The notes under the pieces: model-generated
What the model saw: the letters and a program-made list of their open reading frames with translations, nothing else
Database searches by the model: none
What the model was told of the DNA's origin: nothing
Assembly: GCA_030705805.1 (NCBI GenBank)
Contig: JAUZPY010000001.1
Coordinates: 8,073 to 72,072 of the forward strand
Length of the DNA stretch: 64,000 nt
From: Bacillota bacterium
GTDB taxonomy: Bacteria > Bacillota > Clostridia > CAKSNL01 > HGM11501
Direction: 5' to 3'
In this document: positions 26,635 through 36,776 of the stretch, in pieces
How positions within the stretch are numbered: position 1 is the stretch's first letter
Layout: each line of letters opens with the position of its first letter
Position numbers and translations under genes: made by a program

Positions 26635-26676
26635 AAAAAGTGCTGACGCTTAAAGCGTCAGCACTTTTCATTTTAT
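26635..26676. terminator. Bidirectional terminator serving the minus-strand serine-hydrolase gene
   Basis: AGTGCTGACGCT-TTAA-AGCGTCAGCACT with A-run upstream and T-run downstream. Confidence 0.8.
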
Positions 26677-26730
26677 AGATATAACTTCATTAAACTCATC
26701 AATTTCTTCATTCCTTAGGTGTCCGAACCT

Positions 26731-28641
26731 TCACTTAACAGAAATATCAAATACATATCCCGGGCTTGCGGAAAATACGATATAGCCGCCTTTAGGCAAA
26801 ACTGCGGTATTTTCACCACTGAGCACAGAGGATTTAACTGTTTTTCCGTTTTCATCGTATAAGGTAAACATAGAGCCTTTTTGTATATTTACCGTAATAT
26901 TCTTTCCTGCAATTTCTTTAGAAATTTTAAACCAGCGGCTGTATCCGCTGCTCAAAATTGTACATTTGGATGCTTCACCGGAATATATGTTAGGTATTGA
27001 ATTAATGCTTAAAAAGAGCCTTCCCTCAGCCTTTAAATACTCTGCACCATCTTCATTGAAGAAAACATAATCGGTAAGATCTCTGCCGCTTAGCCCCGGA
27101 ATTTTTATATCGGCTTTTGCTGTGTTCTCATCTATAATTTTCAAGTAGCCGACATAGCCCGGTGATTGACTGGCAAGAAGAACGTTTGCTGCAGGCAAGC
27201 TTTTAGCATACACTTCAGAGCTGTATTTTTCATCCAAAAGTAAATATATAAGGCCGTTTCTTTCAGTCCATGCGTCCTCTACAGCTTTAGCAAGCTGCAC
27301 GGGCTCTTTTTTCTGAGCACCATATTCACAAATTGAATATTTGCCAAGGCCGGGAACCTGTGCATATATTTCTTGTAAAAGATATGTTTCTCCATCATCT
27401 TCTCTAAAGCTAACATGCATCACATTATTCCCGAAGACCCCGCCACCTAAATATTTTAAGGTTTGTGATACACCCGTATAAACCTCATCCATAACAAGAG
27501 AAGAGTCGTTTATAGTTACCTTTATATTCTGGGCATTGGAAAGATAAATTCCGTTATACTTTTTAAGTTCGGAAATATTAATTTCTTTATCGGGAATTTT
27601 AAAACTGCCGGAATAATTTGTATTTTCAATAATACCTTTTTCTTTGAGCAGTGAAAGCAAATACTCTGATGCGATCATTTGACAATAGATACTGCTGCCA
27701 CCCTCTGTCATAACTGCTGCCGCCATGTTATATTTGGGAATAACAATCAAGCAGGAATGGTAATATAGTGTGTCTCCGCCTTTTGATAAGGCTTTGATGT
27801 TATAACCTGAAAAAGGATAAAGCTCAACGTTGTCCCATCCAAGACCAAATTTAAGCAGACTGTCCCCTTTAGGAGAAACACCTTTAAGGTACTCGGGGGA
27901 AGCCATACTGTTTTTTACAGAACTTTCAAAAAGTTTTCCGGCATATGTAAACTCGTAACCGAATTTACATAGCTCTGAAGCATTTGAATATACTCCTCCT
28001 GCGCCCAATGCGCTTACAACATCCTTCATTCCGGAAACTTTATCGGCAGTTGTAGTCAAATTTAGGTTGGCCGGAGTAAGCAGATTTTGCTTAATAAAAT
28101 CACTGTAGCTCATGCCGGAAACCTTTTCGATTATAAGCTCCGCTAAAGTATAGCCGTCATTACAGTAGGACGCCATTTCTCCCGGTTTTGACTTAAGCGT
28201 CTGGATTTCAAGCTCTTTTAAAATATTGTCATGATAGTAACTGTCATATTCGTAAAACAGCATTGAATTTTTCATTGTGGAGCCATAAAGCCCTGAAGTA
28301 TGATTTAAAAGCATCCTGACAGTAATATCTTTATATCTTTCGTCGGCCATTTTAAATTCCGGCAAATATTCTGTCACAGGTTTATCTAAGTCTATTAAAC
28401 TTTTCTTGGAAAGCAGCATTACAGAGGCGGCTGTAAACACCTTGCTTACAGAACCTACGGGAAACAAAGAGCTTGTATTATATTCACTTTCAATTTTGCC
28501 GCTGTCAATTACTGCATACTGAATAGATTTGATTCCAAGATTAGCCAAACTTATAGGTTTGCTGCTTCCTTCCTCAGCAAATAAAGTAATAGGAATAAAA
28601 ATTAATGTTATACAAAGAAAAGCTGATATAAGCCTTCTCAT
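26731..28641 (-). CDS. Secreted serine hydrolase of the beta-lactamase/transpeptidase fold (class C beta-lactamase-like or PBP4*-like)
   Basis: 636 aa with a signal peptide and the S-x-x-K active-site motif (GSVSKVF) near the N-terminus, plus a long C-terminal extension. Confidence 0.7.
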   Translation of the reverse strand: MRRLISAFLCITLIFIPITLFAEEGSSKPISLANLGIKSIQYAVIDSGKIESEYNTSSLFPVGSVSKVFTAASVMLLSKKSLIDLDKPVTEYLPEFKMADERYKDITVRMLLNHTSGLYGSTMKNSMLFYEYDSYYHDNILKELEIQTLKSKPGEMASYCNDGYTLAELIIEKVSGMSYSDFIKQNLLTPANLNLTTTADKVSGMKDVVSALGAGGVYSNASELCKFGYEFTYAGKLFESSVKNSMASPEYLKGVSPKGDSLLKFGLGWDNVELYPFSGYNIKALSKGGDTLYYHSCLIVIPKYNMAAAVMTEGGSSIYCQMIASEYLLSLLKEKGIIENTNYSGSFKIPDKEINISELKKYNGIYLSNAQNIKVTINDSSLVMDEVYTGVSQTLKYLGGGVFGNNVMHVSFREDDGETYLLQEIYAQVPGLGKYSICEYGAQKKEPVQLAKAVEDAWTERNGLIYLLLDEKYSSEVYAKSLPAANVLLASQSPGYVGYLKIIDENTAKADIKIPGLSGRDLTDYVFFNEDGAEYLKAEGRLFLSINSIPNIYSGEASKCTILSSGYSRWFKISKEIAGKNITVNIQKGSMFTLYDENGKTVKSSVLSGENTAVLPKGGYIVFSASPGYVFDISVK

Positions 28642-28656
28642 ATTAATTCTCCTCAG

Positions 28657-29316
28657 TTAAAATATTGGGTTATTGTTATATAAAAATGCCATTATAGTAG
28701 ATTCTTTAAGCTGCTCCCTACAAAATTCACCGGCAAAACTTGTTGAAATTAAGAATACAAGCAGACATGAAAAAATAAACAATAAAATAAAGCCATTCAA
28801 TGTCCCGGCGATAAAGCCGCCCATCCTGTTAAAACCGTTTATTACAGGAAGCTTTGCAATGTTTTCAAGTATGTACTCGATTATTCTTAAGAGAATAAGA
28901 AGGGCTAGGAAAAGGCCAACCGCACATACTGCCTTGAGCATAACATCTCCTGCTTTTTGAGCCAGTGACTCTTTTGCTTCGTCTGCTTTACTTTTAATTT
29001 CATCTAAATCTATTAGTTTCATTAAAAAATCATTTTCGGTTTTGCCTTTATCCGATTGAGTGCTCCCTGTTAAAGAATTTTCCAGAGTAGCACTTTCTGC
29101 TCCAACTAATTTTTCAGCTTGTGCATATATAGCATTTCCAAGAGAGGTTTTTGTTACATATGTAACAGCACTATTTAAAAACGTAACGGTAAGAATAAAA
29201 GCAATAATAAAAGATGCGGTTTTAAAGAAGGCCTTGATAAAACCTTTTCTTATACCTTGTATAATGCAAAATAGAAGTATTACTACAGCAATGATATCAA
29301 GTATCATAAAATTCAC
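28657..29316 (-). CDS. CvpA-family membrane protein (colicin V production protein family)
   Basis: 219 aa with N-terminal TM helices (MNFMILDIIAVVILLFCIIQGIRKGFIKAFFK) characteristic of CvpA. Confidence 0.75.
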   Translation of the reverse strand: MNFMILDIIAVVILLFCIIQGIRKGFIKAFFKTASFIIAFILTVTFLNSAVTYVTKTSLGNAIYAQAEKLVGAESATLENSLTGSTQSDKGKTENDFLMKLIDLDEIKSKADEAKESLAQKAGDVMLKAVCAVGLFLALLILLRIIEYILENIAKLPVINGFNRMGGFIAGTLNGFILLFIFSCLLVFLISTSFAGEFCREQLKESTIMAFLYNNNPIF

Positions 29317-30425
29317 CTTTCAAACGGTATCATATTTATCTCAGAGCCGGACATAACCATTGCCCTGTTTTTCTTTTCAAACAGTTCAAGACCATTTATC
29401 ATAGCGTCGGATTTTGCTTTTCCTAATAATTGTCCTTTCCTATTTAAAAGGACAATTTCATTTTCTGAACTAATAGCAATCTTCCCACCGGAAAGAGCCA
29501 TATAGTCAATATTATAGTCATACGTAAAGTTTCCTTTTTGTCTTCCGCTTAAATTGTAAAGTTTAACCTCCGTGCTTCCAAAACTTGAAGCATCCGAAAG
29601 AGAAACAGCAATGTACCCATCGTTAATTTTTATGAATTTCACATCATTCCCTTTGTAATCAACGTTCCATTTCTGTTTGCCTTTGCCATTATAGCAAACT
29701 ATTCCATTTTTCCCTTGGGCAATCAGCTTTCCCGACCCGTAAAACCTTACAGAAGCAATTATATTTTCTGTTGTGACTTCCTTGTAATATTTTCCTGTAG
29801 AGCCGTTAGAAAATATTATTGTATCCTTTATTAAACCATTTGTTATATCTATTGTATTAATAGCCACGTCTCTGTTATTTGGAGAAATATCCGCATCCAC
29901 GACATATTTATCTCCAAAGGTGTATGTTACAAGCTCTTTGCCCGAAGGCTTGTATACTTTGCAAACGCCCTTATAGCCTTTTTCATCTGTAGATATACAT
30001 ATGTATCCGTTTTCATTTACAGAACCTGATTTAATATTACTTTTTGTTTTAAATGAAGTTTCAATTTTGCCGTTTTTAACAAGAAATACACTATTATCGG
30101 AAAGTGACATAATTAAGATGTACTTCTCCCTAATATACATATTAGCTTTCGGCGCGTTTATGTCAAGAAACCATTTTCTATTCATAGAACTGTCATAATA
30201 ATAGAGCTGCTTGCCTGTAAATACTGCAAATCCATCCTGGTATTTGTTTACTTTATTATCTCCCGTGCTATCCTGAGCAAGAGTATATTGCCCTTTTTTA
30301 GCAAAATAGCCATTATTGGACAAATATATAGCAATTGATACCGCTATGGTAATAATCAAAATTATTGTTACAATAACAGCTGTTATCTTTTTCACAAAAT
30401 CACCCTTTTTATCAATAATATACAT
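29313..30425 (-). CDS. Hypothetical membrane-anchored protein with a repetitive beta-rich extracytoplasmic region
   Basis: 370 aa with a single N-terminal TM (ITAVIVTIILIITIAVSIAIYL) and repeating ~45-aa units (KNG..., YNGKGKQKW..., NRKGQLL...). Possibly a DUF5711-like family member, but no function can be assigned. Confidence 0.45.
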   Translation of the reverse strand: MYIIDKKGDFVKKITAVIVTIILIITIAVSIAIYLSNNGYFAKKGQYTLAQDSTGDNKVNKYQDGFAVFTGKQLYYYDSSMNRKWFLDINAPKANMYIREKYILIMSLSDNSVFLVKNGKIETSFKTKSNIKSGSVNENGYICISTDEKGYKGVCKVYKPSGKELVTYTFGDKYVVDADISPNNRDVAINTIDITNGLIKDTIIFSNGSTGKYYKEVTTENIIASVRFYGSGKLIAQGKNGIVCYNGKGKQKWNVDYKGNDVKFIKINDGYIAVSLSDASSFGSTEVKLYNLSGRQKGNFTYDYNIDYMALSGGKIAISSENEIVLLNRKGQLLGKAKSDAMINGLELFEKKNRAMVMSGSEINMIPFER

Positions 30426-31146
30426 TTACCAAAGAAAGCCCTTTTGCCGGGGCTGTAATACCAGCTCTTTTTCTATCCTTGGATAAAATAATTTCGGGAA
30501 TATCTAAAGGATCAATTTTCCCGTTACCGCAGTAGATTAATGTGCCTACAATTATTCGTACCATATTGTATAAAAATCCGTTTGCGCTGATTTTTATATT
30601 AAGAATCCCATCATTTTCTGTTAAAATCAGTTCATATACATTTCTGACTGTTGTTTTTGCTTGTCCGCCGGTAGCCATAAAAGCAGAAAAATCCTTTTCC
30701 CCTATAAAATATTCAGAGGCTTTATTCATTTTTAAATAATCAAGCTGTTTTGGATAATGCCATGAGTACCTTGATATAAAAGGGTCAAGAATGCTTCTGT
30801 TGCAAATTATATATTCATAAGTTTTCCCTATTGCGGAAAAGGACGCATGAAAGTCATCAAAATCAAGCTCGGCTTTGTTAATCCTTATACTTTCGGGAAG
30901 CTTTGTATTAAGTGCCAAAGGAAGCTTCTCGATCGGAATAGAAGAATTTGTTTTAAAGTTAGCGCAGTAAGTTCTTGCGTGAACACCGGCATCCGTACGG
31001 CTGCAGCCAAAAATGCAGCTCTTTTCTTCCGTTATTTTACATATTGCCTCTTCAAGAGCTTGCTGGACGGTATAGCCGTTATCCTGCCTTTGAAACCCAT
31101 GGAAATCAGTCCCGTCAAAGCTTAACCATAACTTCACATTGTTCAT
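30412..31146 (-). CDS. truA: tRNA pseudouridine(38-40) synthase
   Basis: 244 aa with WLSFDGTDFHGFQRQ and the catalytic-Asp region CSRTDAGVHA. Confidence 0.9.
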   Translation of the reverse strand: MNNVKLWLSFDGTDFHGFQRQDNGYTVQQALEEAICKITEEKSCIFGCSRTDAGVHARTYCANFKTNSSIPIEKLPLALNTKLPESIRINKAELDFDDFHASFSAIGKTYEYIICNRSILDPFISRYSWHYPKQLDYLKMNKASEYFIGEKDFSAFMATGGQAKTTVRNVYELILTENDGILNIKISANGFLYNMVRIIVGTLIYCGNGKIDPLDIPEIILSKDRKRAGITAPAKGLSLVNVYY

Positions 31147-31155
31147 AAAATCACC

Positions 31156-31965
31156 TTAAAAGTGCGAGTAAATATTGCATATTATTACTGCCGTAAGTAT
31201 AATAGCAGCCGAAGCTAACCCATAGATATCAGCATATGAAAAAGAAAGCTGCTTTAAACTGGTACGACCCTCACCGCCTCTGTAGCAGCGGGCCTCCATA
31301 GCAATCGCAAGATCGTCGGCTCTTCTAAAAGCACCCACAAAAAGAGGCACTAAAATAGGAACCATAGCTTTTGCTCGCTTCAAAATACTCCCGGATTCAA
31401 AGTCAGCTCCCCTTGCGGATTGTGCCTTTTTAATTCTGTCGGTTTCTTCGGCAAAGGTTGGAATAAACCGGAGTGCAATAGTCATCATCATCGCTATTTC
31501 ATGGGCAGGAACACCGATTTTTGAAAATGGTCTCATTAAATATTCAAGTCCGTCGGTCAATACCACAGGAGAAGTGGTAAAAGTCAAAGCGCTTGTCCCA
31601 ATTAAAAGAAATGTTAACCTGAAAAGCATAAACGCCGCAAATCTTATGCCGCTGTCGGATATTGTCCAGCCAAGGTAAGGCAAAGTGTAGATCGTGTTGC
31701 CGGGAGTCAAAAACAAGTTGAACAGTGCTGTAAAAAGCATTAGAATAAGAATGGTTTTAAGACCCTTAAAGTAATATTTTACAGGCACTCTGCTTGAAAC
31801 TATTACTGCTAAGATGAAAAGAAAAATCACAGCAAACCCTGCAAAGTTATTAACTAAAAATATAACAATCATATAAAGCATAGTAAAAAGAATCTTTGTT
31901 CTGGGATCCATTCTGTGAATTATAGAATCCCCGGGGAAGAACTGACCTATGGTTATATCCATCAT
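31156..31965 (-). CDS. ecfT: Energy-coupling factor transporter transmembrane (T) component
   Basis: 269-aa polytopic protein at the conserved position after two EcfA genes and before truA, with a C-terminal ARG-type coupling-helix region. Confidence 0.85.
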   Translation of the reverse strand: MMDITIGQFFPGDSIIHRMDPRTKILFTMLYMIVIFLVNNFAGFAVIFLFILAVIVSSRVPVKYYFKGLKTILILMLFTALFNLFLTPGNTIYTLPYLGWTISDSGIRFAAFMLFRLTFLLIGTSALTFTTSPVVLTDGLEYLMRPFSKIGVPAHEIAMMMTIALRFIPTFAEETDRIKKAQSARGADFESGSILKRAKAMVPILVPLFVGAFRRADDLAIAMEARCYRGGEGRTSLKQLSFSYADIYGLASAAIILTAVIICNIYSHF

Positions 31966-32819
31966 TGGTCCTCCCCTCCTTTTAGTATTTTAAGTATCTC
32001 TTCTTTTGCATCTTCAATTCTGAATATATCATCCCGAACATCAAGACCGAGGCTTTTTAATTTTTGCATTATTGTCGTTATTTCAGGCACGCTTAAACCA
32101 TTTTCCCTGAGCTCTTCACTATCCTTAAAAACCTCATCCAAATAAGAATATTTCAGTATTTTACCTTGGGACATAACAATTACCTTCTCACATATTTTAG
32201 CTACGTCCTCCATACTGTGAGATACTAATATTACTGTTATGGAATAATCGGAATGAAGCTCTTTAATCCGTCCTAAAATCTCGTCTCGCCCACCCGGATC
32301 CAATCCTGCCGTAGGCTCATCCAAAATTAAGATTTTGGGCTTCATTGAGAGAATGCCGGCAATGGCGACTCTCCTTTTCTGTCCTCCGGACAATTCAAAA
32401 GGGGACTTATTTAAAATATCTTCTGAAAGACCAACCGTTTTAAGTGCTTCTTTGACCCTATCATCAATTTCACTGTCCGGCACGCCGATATTTTTGGGTC
32501 CGAAAGCTATATCTTTATATACTGTTTCCTCAAAAAGCTGGTATTCGGGATATTGAAAAACCAAACCGATTTTACCTTTCAAGGCTCTTGTTACCGATTT
32601 TTGATTTGTTATATCAATGTTATCTATTAACACCTGACCGCTTGTAGGCTTTACTATTCCGCTTATAATATTAACTAATGTTGATTTCCCGCTTCCGGTA
32701 TGCCCTATAAGACCGATAAATTCGCCTTCTCCGATTGTAAAGCTAACGTCATCCAAAGCTTTTACTTCAAAAGGTGTGCCGGCAGAATAAACATATGAAA
32801 CGTTTTTAACTTCAATCAT
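31962..32819 (-). CDS. ecfA: Energy-coupling factor transporter ATPase (EcfA2)
   Basis: 285 aa with Walker A ([12 protein letters not shown]), signature ([15 protein letters not shown]) and Walker B ([10 protein letters not shown]). Confidence 0.9.
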   Translation of the reverse strand: MIEVKNVSYVYSAGTPFEVKALDDVSFTIGEGEFIGLIGHTGSGKSTLVNIISGIVKPTSGQVLIDNIDITNQKSVTRALKGKIGLVFQYPEYQLFEETVYKDIAFGPKNIGVPDSEIDDRVKEALKTVGLSEDILNKSPFELSGGQKRRVAIAGILSMKPKILILDEPTAGLDPGGRDEILGRIKELHSDYSITVILVSHSMEDVAKICEKVIVMSQGKILKYSYLDEVFKDSEELRENGLSVPEITTIMQKLKSLGLDVRDDIFRIEDAKEEILKILKGGEDQ

Positions 32820-33664
32820 ACTGTCACGCCTGCCTTTCTTACCACATCAAAAATGGTCTTAGTGCAGGAATCGGCATCCAAAGAATCTACAGAAATGTCT
32901 ACTCCGGATTTATTAAGCTCGTAAAGTAGTTCCGTGGATTGAGGTACATCAAGACCGATGCTTTTCAGCCTTGAAACCTGAGGGAAAATATTTGCAGGAG
33001 TGTCATCCATTAATATTTTGCCTTTATCCAGCACGATAACTCTGTTTGCTTTGACGGCTTCATTCATATAATGTGTTATCAAAATAACTGTAAGGTGCTG
33101 CTCTTTATTGAGACGCAATATGGTATTCATAACTTCCTCACGGCCAACAGGGTCAAGCATAGCAGTCGGTTCATCCAAAACTATGTACTCCGGTTCCATA
33201 GCTATTATACCGGCAATAGCAACTCTCTGCTTCTGGCCGCCGGACAAATACTGTGGAGAACGGTGTCTGTATTCATACATACCTACCGCTTTAAGGGCAA
33301 AATCCACCCTTTTCCTTATTTCTTCTCTCGGAACGCCCAAATTTTCAGGCGCAAAGGCTACATCATCCTCAACAACGGTTGCAACCATTTGATTATCGGG
33401 GTTCTGAAATACCATGCCTGTTTTCTGACGGATGTCATAAAGGTGTTTTTCGTCGGAAGTGTCCATCCCGTCTACCCAAACCTTGCCGGAGCTTGGCAGC
33501 ATAATGGCATTAAAATGCTTGGCCAAAGTAGATTTTCCGCTTCCGTTATGACCCAATACGGCAACAAATTCACCTTTTTTAATTTCAAGGTCGATATCGA
33601 ACAGAACGGTTTTTTCTTCTTCCTGATTCACATATTTAGTTGTAAGCTTTTCTGTCTTAATCAT
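32816..33664 (-). CDS. ecfA: Energy-coupling factor transporter ATPase (EcfA1)
   Basis: 282 aa with Walker A ([12 protein letters not shown]), signature ([15 protein letters not shown]) and Walker B ([10 protein letters not shown]). Confidence 0.9.
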   Translation of the reverse strand: MIKTEKLTTKYVNQEEEKTVLFDIDLEIKKGEFVAVLGHNGSGKSTLAKHFNAIMLPSSGKVWVDGMDTSDEKHLYDIRQKTGMVFQNPDNQMVATVVEDDVAFAPENLGVPREEIRKRVDFALKAVGMYEYRHRSPQYLSGGQKQRVAIAGIIAMEPEYIVLDEPTAMLDPVGREEVMNTILRLNKEQHLTVILITHYMNEAVKANRVIVLDKGKILMDDTPANIFPQVSRLKSIGLDVPQSTELLYELNKSGVDISVDSLDADSCTKTIFDVVRKAGVTV

Positions 33665-33735
33665 TTGGCTTCTCCGTAAGTTTATTTATCATTTAAGTAT
33701 AACATTTTCATACAATTTTTGCAATACATAAATTA

Positions 33736-33766
33736 TAAAAAGCCCTCAGGAATTGAGGGCTTTTGC
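33736..33766. terminator. Bidirectional intrinsic terminator downstream of the PRPP-synthetase-like gene
   Basis: AGCCCTC-AGGAATT-GAGGGCT with flanking A-run and T-run. Confidence 0.75.
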
Positions 33767-34876
33767 TTACTTTGCAAGGATTTTTCTTATTCTGTCTTGA
33801 GGATCCAAAAGCTCACTCAATGATTTATCATAGTTTAAGGTGTCTATTATGTATGCCATGTATTTCGACATTTCTACTTCCCTGTACCAAGCTCTGCTTT
33901 TAAGTGCCTCGGTTCTGTAAACCATGTTAGTGGTAAATATTCTGGTTATTACTCCGTCTTCAAAAGCCTTATCAAATATTTCAAGACCATTTGTAAACAA
34001 TCCGAAGGAAGCAAAAATAAAAATCCTCATTGCTCCTTTTTCTTTAAGTCTTTTAGCAACATCAAGGACGGATTCACCTGAGGAGATCATATCATCAATT
34101 ATGATAACATCTTTTCCGTTGATATCATTACCTAAATATTCATGAGCTTCTATGGGATTTCTTCCATTTATTACAACTGAATAATTTCTCTTTTTATAGA
34201 ACATACCAAGGTCAAGGCCAAGTACGGTTGAATAATATATACACCTGCTCATTCCGCCTTCATCGGGGGATACAATTACAGTTTTATCTTTAGAAAATTC
34301 AATATCAGGATATGTTTTTTTAATCGCTTTTATCATTTGATATGAAACTTGAATATCTTCAAAACCTTTTAAGGGAATTGCATTTTGCACTCTTGCGTCA
34401 TGTGCATCAAAAGTTAAAATATTAGAAGCACCCATATTGATAAGCTCCTGCAGTGCTATAGCACAGTCAAGTGATTCCCTGCCGCTTCTCTTATGCTGCC
34501 TTCCTTCGTAAAGCATAGGCATTATAACATTAATTCTTCTAGCCTTACCGCCCAAACTACCTATAATTCTTTTCAAATCGGCAAAATGATCGTCAGGTCC
34601 CATCGGAACCTCCAAATTGTACATTTTATATGTAACACCGTAATTAAACATATCAGCTATAATATAAATATCATAGCCTCTTACGGAATGCTTAACCATG
34701 CCCTTTGCTTCGCCTGTTCCGAATCTGGGACAAGTAAAATCCAGCATAAACGTGTCCGGAGTGTCACTATCATAGGCTTTGCGCCACTCAATCAAATAAT
34801 TGTCAACCTTTTGTGCAAGCTCTTCGCAGCCTCTCATTGCGATAATGCCAAGTTCTCCGACAAGCCTCTTCTCCAT
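33767..34876 (-). CDS. Ribose-phosphate pyrophosphokinase (PRPP synthetase) family protein, long-form paralog
   Basis: 369 aa with a PRPP-binding loop (VIIIDDMISSGESVLDVAKRL), an RQHKR flexible-loop analog of the RQDRK motif, and a TFDAHD segment in place of DLHA. It has inserts relative to canonical ~315-aa Prs. Confidence 0.6.
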   Translation of the reverse strand: MEKRLVGELGIIAMRGCEELAQKVDNYLIEWRKAYDSDTPDTFMLDFTCPRFGTGEAKGMVKHSVRGYDIYIIADMFNYGVTYKMYNLEVPMGPDDHFADLKRIIGSLGGKARRINVIMPMLYEGRQHKRSGRESLDCAIALQELINMGASNILTFDAHDARVQNAIPLKGFEDIQVSYQMIKAIKKTYPDIEFSKDKTVIVSPDEGGMSRCIYYSTVLGLDLGMFYKKRNYSVVINGRNPIEAHEYLGNDINGKDVIIIDDMISSGESVLDVAKRLKEKGAMRIFIFASFGLFTNGLEIFDKAFEDGVITRIFTTNMVYRTEALKSRAWYREVEMSKYMAYIIDTLNYDKSLSELLDPQDRIRKILAK

Positions 34877-34979
34877 TACAATCTCCCCTTAATTGACTTA
34901 AAAGTCAGTAATAATACAAATTCTGAGCTACATTAATAATTATACAGACATACTTATTGCGTGTCAAGGCTTAAAATGT

Positions 34980-35008
34980 GCATATTTTACACAATATAGG
35001 AGATAATT
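34980..35008 (+). promoter_or_regulatory. Forespore sigma-F/sigma-G-type promoter for gpr
   Basis: GCATA (34980-34984), a 14-nt spacer and GGAGATAATT (34999-35008). This matches the sigma-F consensus GCATR-N15-GGnRAYAMTW, and gpr is a known forespore (sigma-F/sigma-G) gene in Bacillus. Confidence 0.45.
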
Positions 35009-35033
35009 TTAATTAGAATTTATTAAAAGGAAG

Positions 35034-35981
35034 ATGAAAATGAGAAATATAAGAACCGACTTAGCTGTTGAAGCCGATGAACTATACAGACAAGGTAATG
35101 CTGCGGAAGCAGGAAGTATTTCCGGCATAGAATCGCAGAAAACAGAGCTTGAATATGCCGATTTAACTACGGTTTATGTCAAAACCGACGAGGCGGCACA
35201 AAAAATCGGAAAACCTAAAGGGCAATACATCACTATCGAATCGCCTTATATTAAAACCGGAGAATATTATGAGGAACTTTGTGATGTACTTTCTGTGCAA
35301 TTAAAAAAACTTTGCCCGAATATAACTAAAGATTCTCTTGTTTTGGTTGCGGGGCTTGGAAACTGGAATATTACACCCGATTCAATTGGCCCTAAAACAG
35401 TTAATATGATGCTTGTTACCAGGCATCTGTTCTCCGCTATACCCGAACAAATAGACCAGCGCATGAAACCGCTCTGCGCCATCGCACCGGGAGTGCTTGG
35501 CCTTACAGGTATTGAAACCGCAGAAATAATATCTTCGGTTGTAGAAAGAGTAAAGCCGACTTACGTCATTGCAATTGACGCTTTAGCGGCAAGAAGCTCA
35601 TCAAGGGTAAGCACTACAATACAGATGTCCGACACCGGTATAAGCCCCGGAAGCGGAGTTCATAACAGAAGAACAGGCTTGTCTAAGGAAACTCTCGGGG
35701 TGCCTGTTATAGCAATTGGTATTCCAACAGTTTCAGATGCAGTTTCCATGGTTTCTGACGCAGTAGAAAACCTTGCATCAAAATGCACCTCTTCTCCTTC
35801 AGAGGATGTAAAAGATGAAATAATAAAAAACTTATTATATCCCGGTGAAAATTCTTTGATGGTAACACCTAAAGATATAGACATGATAGTCGCCAGAGCT
35901 TCAAAACTGATCGCAGGCGGTATCAATATTACAGTTCATGAAGGCTTGTCACAGGAAGAAATAGCCGCTTATATGGCTTAA
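35034..35981 (+). CDS. gpr: Germination protease (GPR endopeptidase)
   Basis: 315 aa. The N-terminus (RTDLAVEA), LVAGLGNWNITPDSIGPK, AIDALAARS and SDTGISPGSGV all align with B. subtilis GPR. Confidence 0.9.
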   Translation: MKMRNIRTDLAVEADELYRQGNAAEAGSISGIESQKTELEYADLTTVYVKTDEAAQKIGKPKGQYITIESPYIKTGEYYEELCDVLSVQLKKLCPNITKDSLVLVAGLGNWNITPDSIGPKTVNMMLVTRHLFSAIPEQIDQRMKPLCAIAPGVLGLTGIETAEIISSVVERVKPTYVIAIDALAARSSSRVSTTIQMSDTGISPGSGVHNRRTGLSKETLGVPVIAIGIPTVSDAVSMVSDAVENLASKCTSSPSEDVKDEIIKNLLYPGENSLMVTPKDIDMIVARASKLIAGGINITVHEGLSQEEIAAYMA

Positions 35982-36078
35982 AAACAGCTTGCAAATTTCA
36001 GCGTGGTTTAAAAATTTCATTTAAGATTACAAGACATAATTCGCTTAGCTAAAATGAGCGGATGTCTATTATAGAACA

Positions 36079-36119
36079 AAAAGCGCAGTTTTAGCAAAAG
36101 CTAATGCTGCGCTTTTTTT
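36079..36119 (+). terminator. Rho-independent terminator after gpr
   Basis: AAGCGCAG-(TTAGC-AAAA-GCTAA)-CTGCGCTT compound hairpin followed by TTTTTTG. Confidence 0.75.
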
Positions 36120-36146
36120 GGCAATATACGTTAAATTTTGGGATTC

Positions 36147-36734
36147 TTAAGCTCCGAGGAGCTTAACTGAAATAGACATTAAAGCTTCAATTATCGCCCC
36201 TGTAAAAAGTGTTCCAAAAGCAATTAATGAGGCGATAACATATCTTTTTGCAAGTTTTTTTCTGATAAAATAATTCTGCCGGTTTAGGTAACCTTCAATT
36301 GACTTTGTTGCGGCCTCAGAACCGTAAATAATAAAAATTAATAGATATATGTAGCTGTGAGGTGTAATTCCGCAAGCAGAGAACCAGAGACCTTTTAACC
36401 CGTATACTCTGATAAAATATCCTGCAGAAAAGCCAAAGGAAAAGCCTTTGAATGCTAAAACACAAGGAATTATCGGGGCAAAAAATATATATATTCCACC
36501 AAGAAAAATCACGCCTGTCCAGATGAAATTTATATAAAAGGAATTTTTAAAAACTTGTGTTTTATCACTTTGAGCAAATGAACCGAGGCTTTTAAGCTGC
36601 TGGGATAAGCCGGATAAAAAGTTTAGATCTGCTTTGGACGCAACTAAACTCCCTGTAGTAATACCAATAATAACTACAGATAAAAGAATTGTAATCATGA
36701 CAGGGCTAAGACCCGTTGCTTTATCTTTAGACAT
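36147..36734 (-). CDS. Polytopic membrane protein, SpoIIM-like (DUF95/stage II sporulation protein M family)
   Basis: 195 aa with ~5 TM segments. The C-terminal GAIIEALMSISV resembles the SpoIIM AGLVEAYVSPTI region. It lies 42 nt downstream of ruvB. Confidence 0.4.
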   Translation of the reverse strand: MSKDKATGLSPVMITILLSVVIIGITTGSLVASKADLNFLSGLSQQLKSLGSFAQSDKTQVFKNSFYINFIWTGVIFLGGIYIFFAPIIPCVLAFKGFSFGFSAGYFIRVYGLKGLWFSACGITPHSYIYLLIFIIYGSEAATKSIEGYLNRQNYFIRKKLAKRYVIASLIAFGTLFTGAIIEALMSISVKLLGA

Positions 36735-36776
36735 AACAAATCCCTCCGTTATAAAACTATGCGGAGGGATTTTAAT

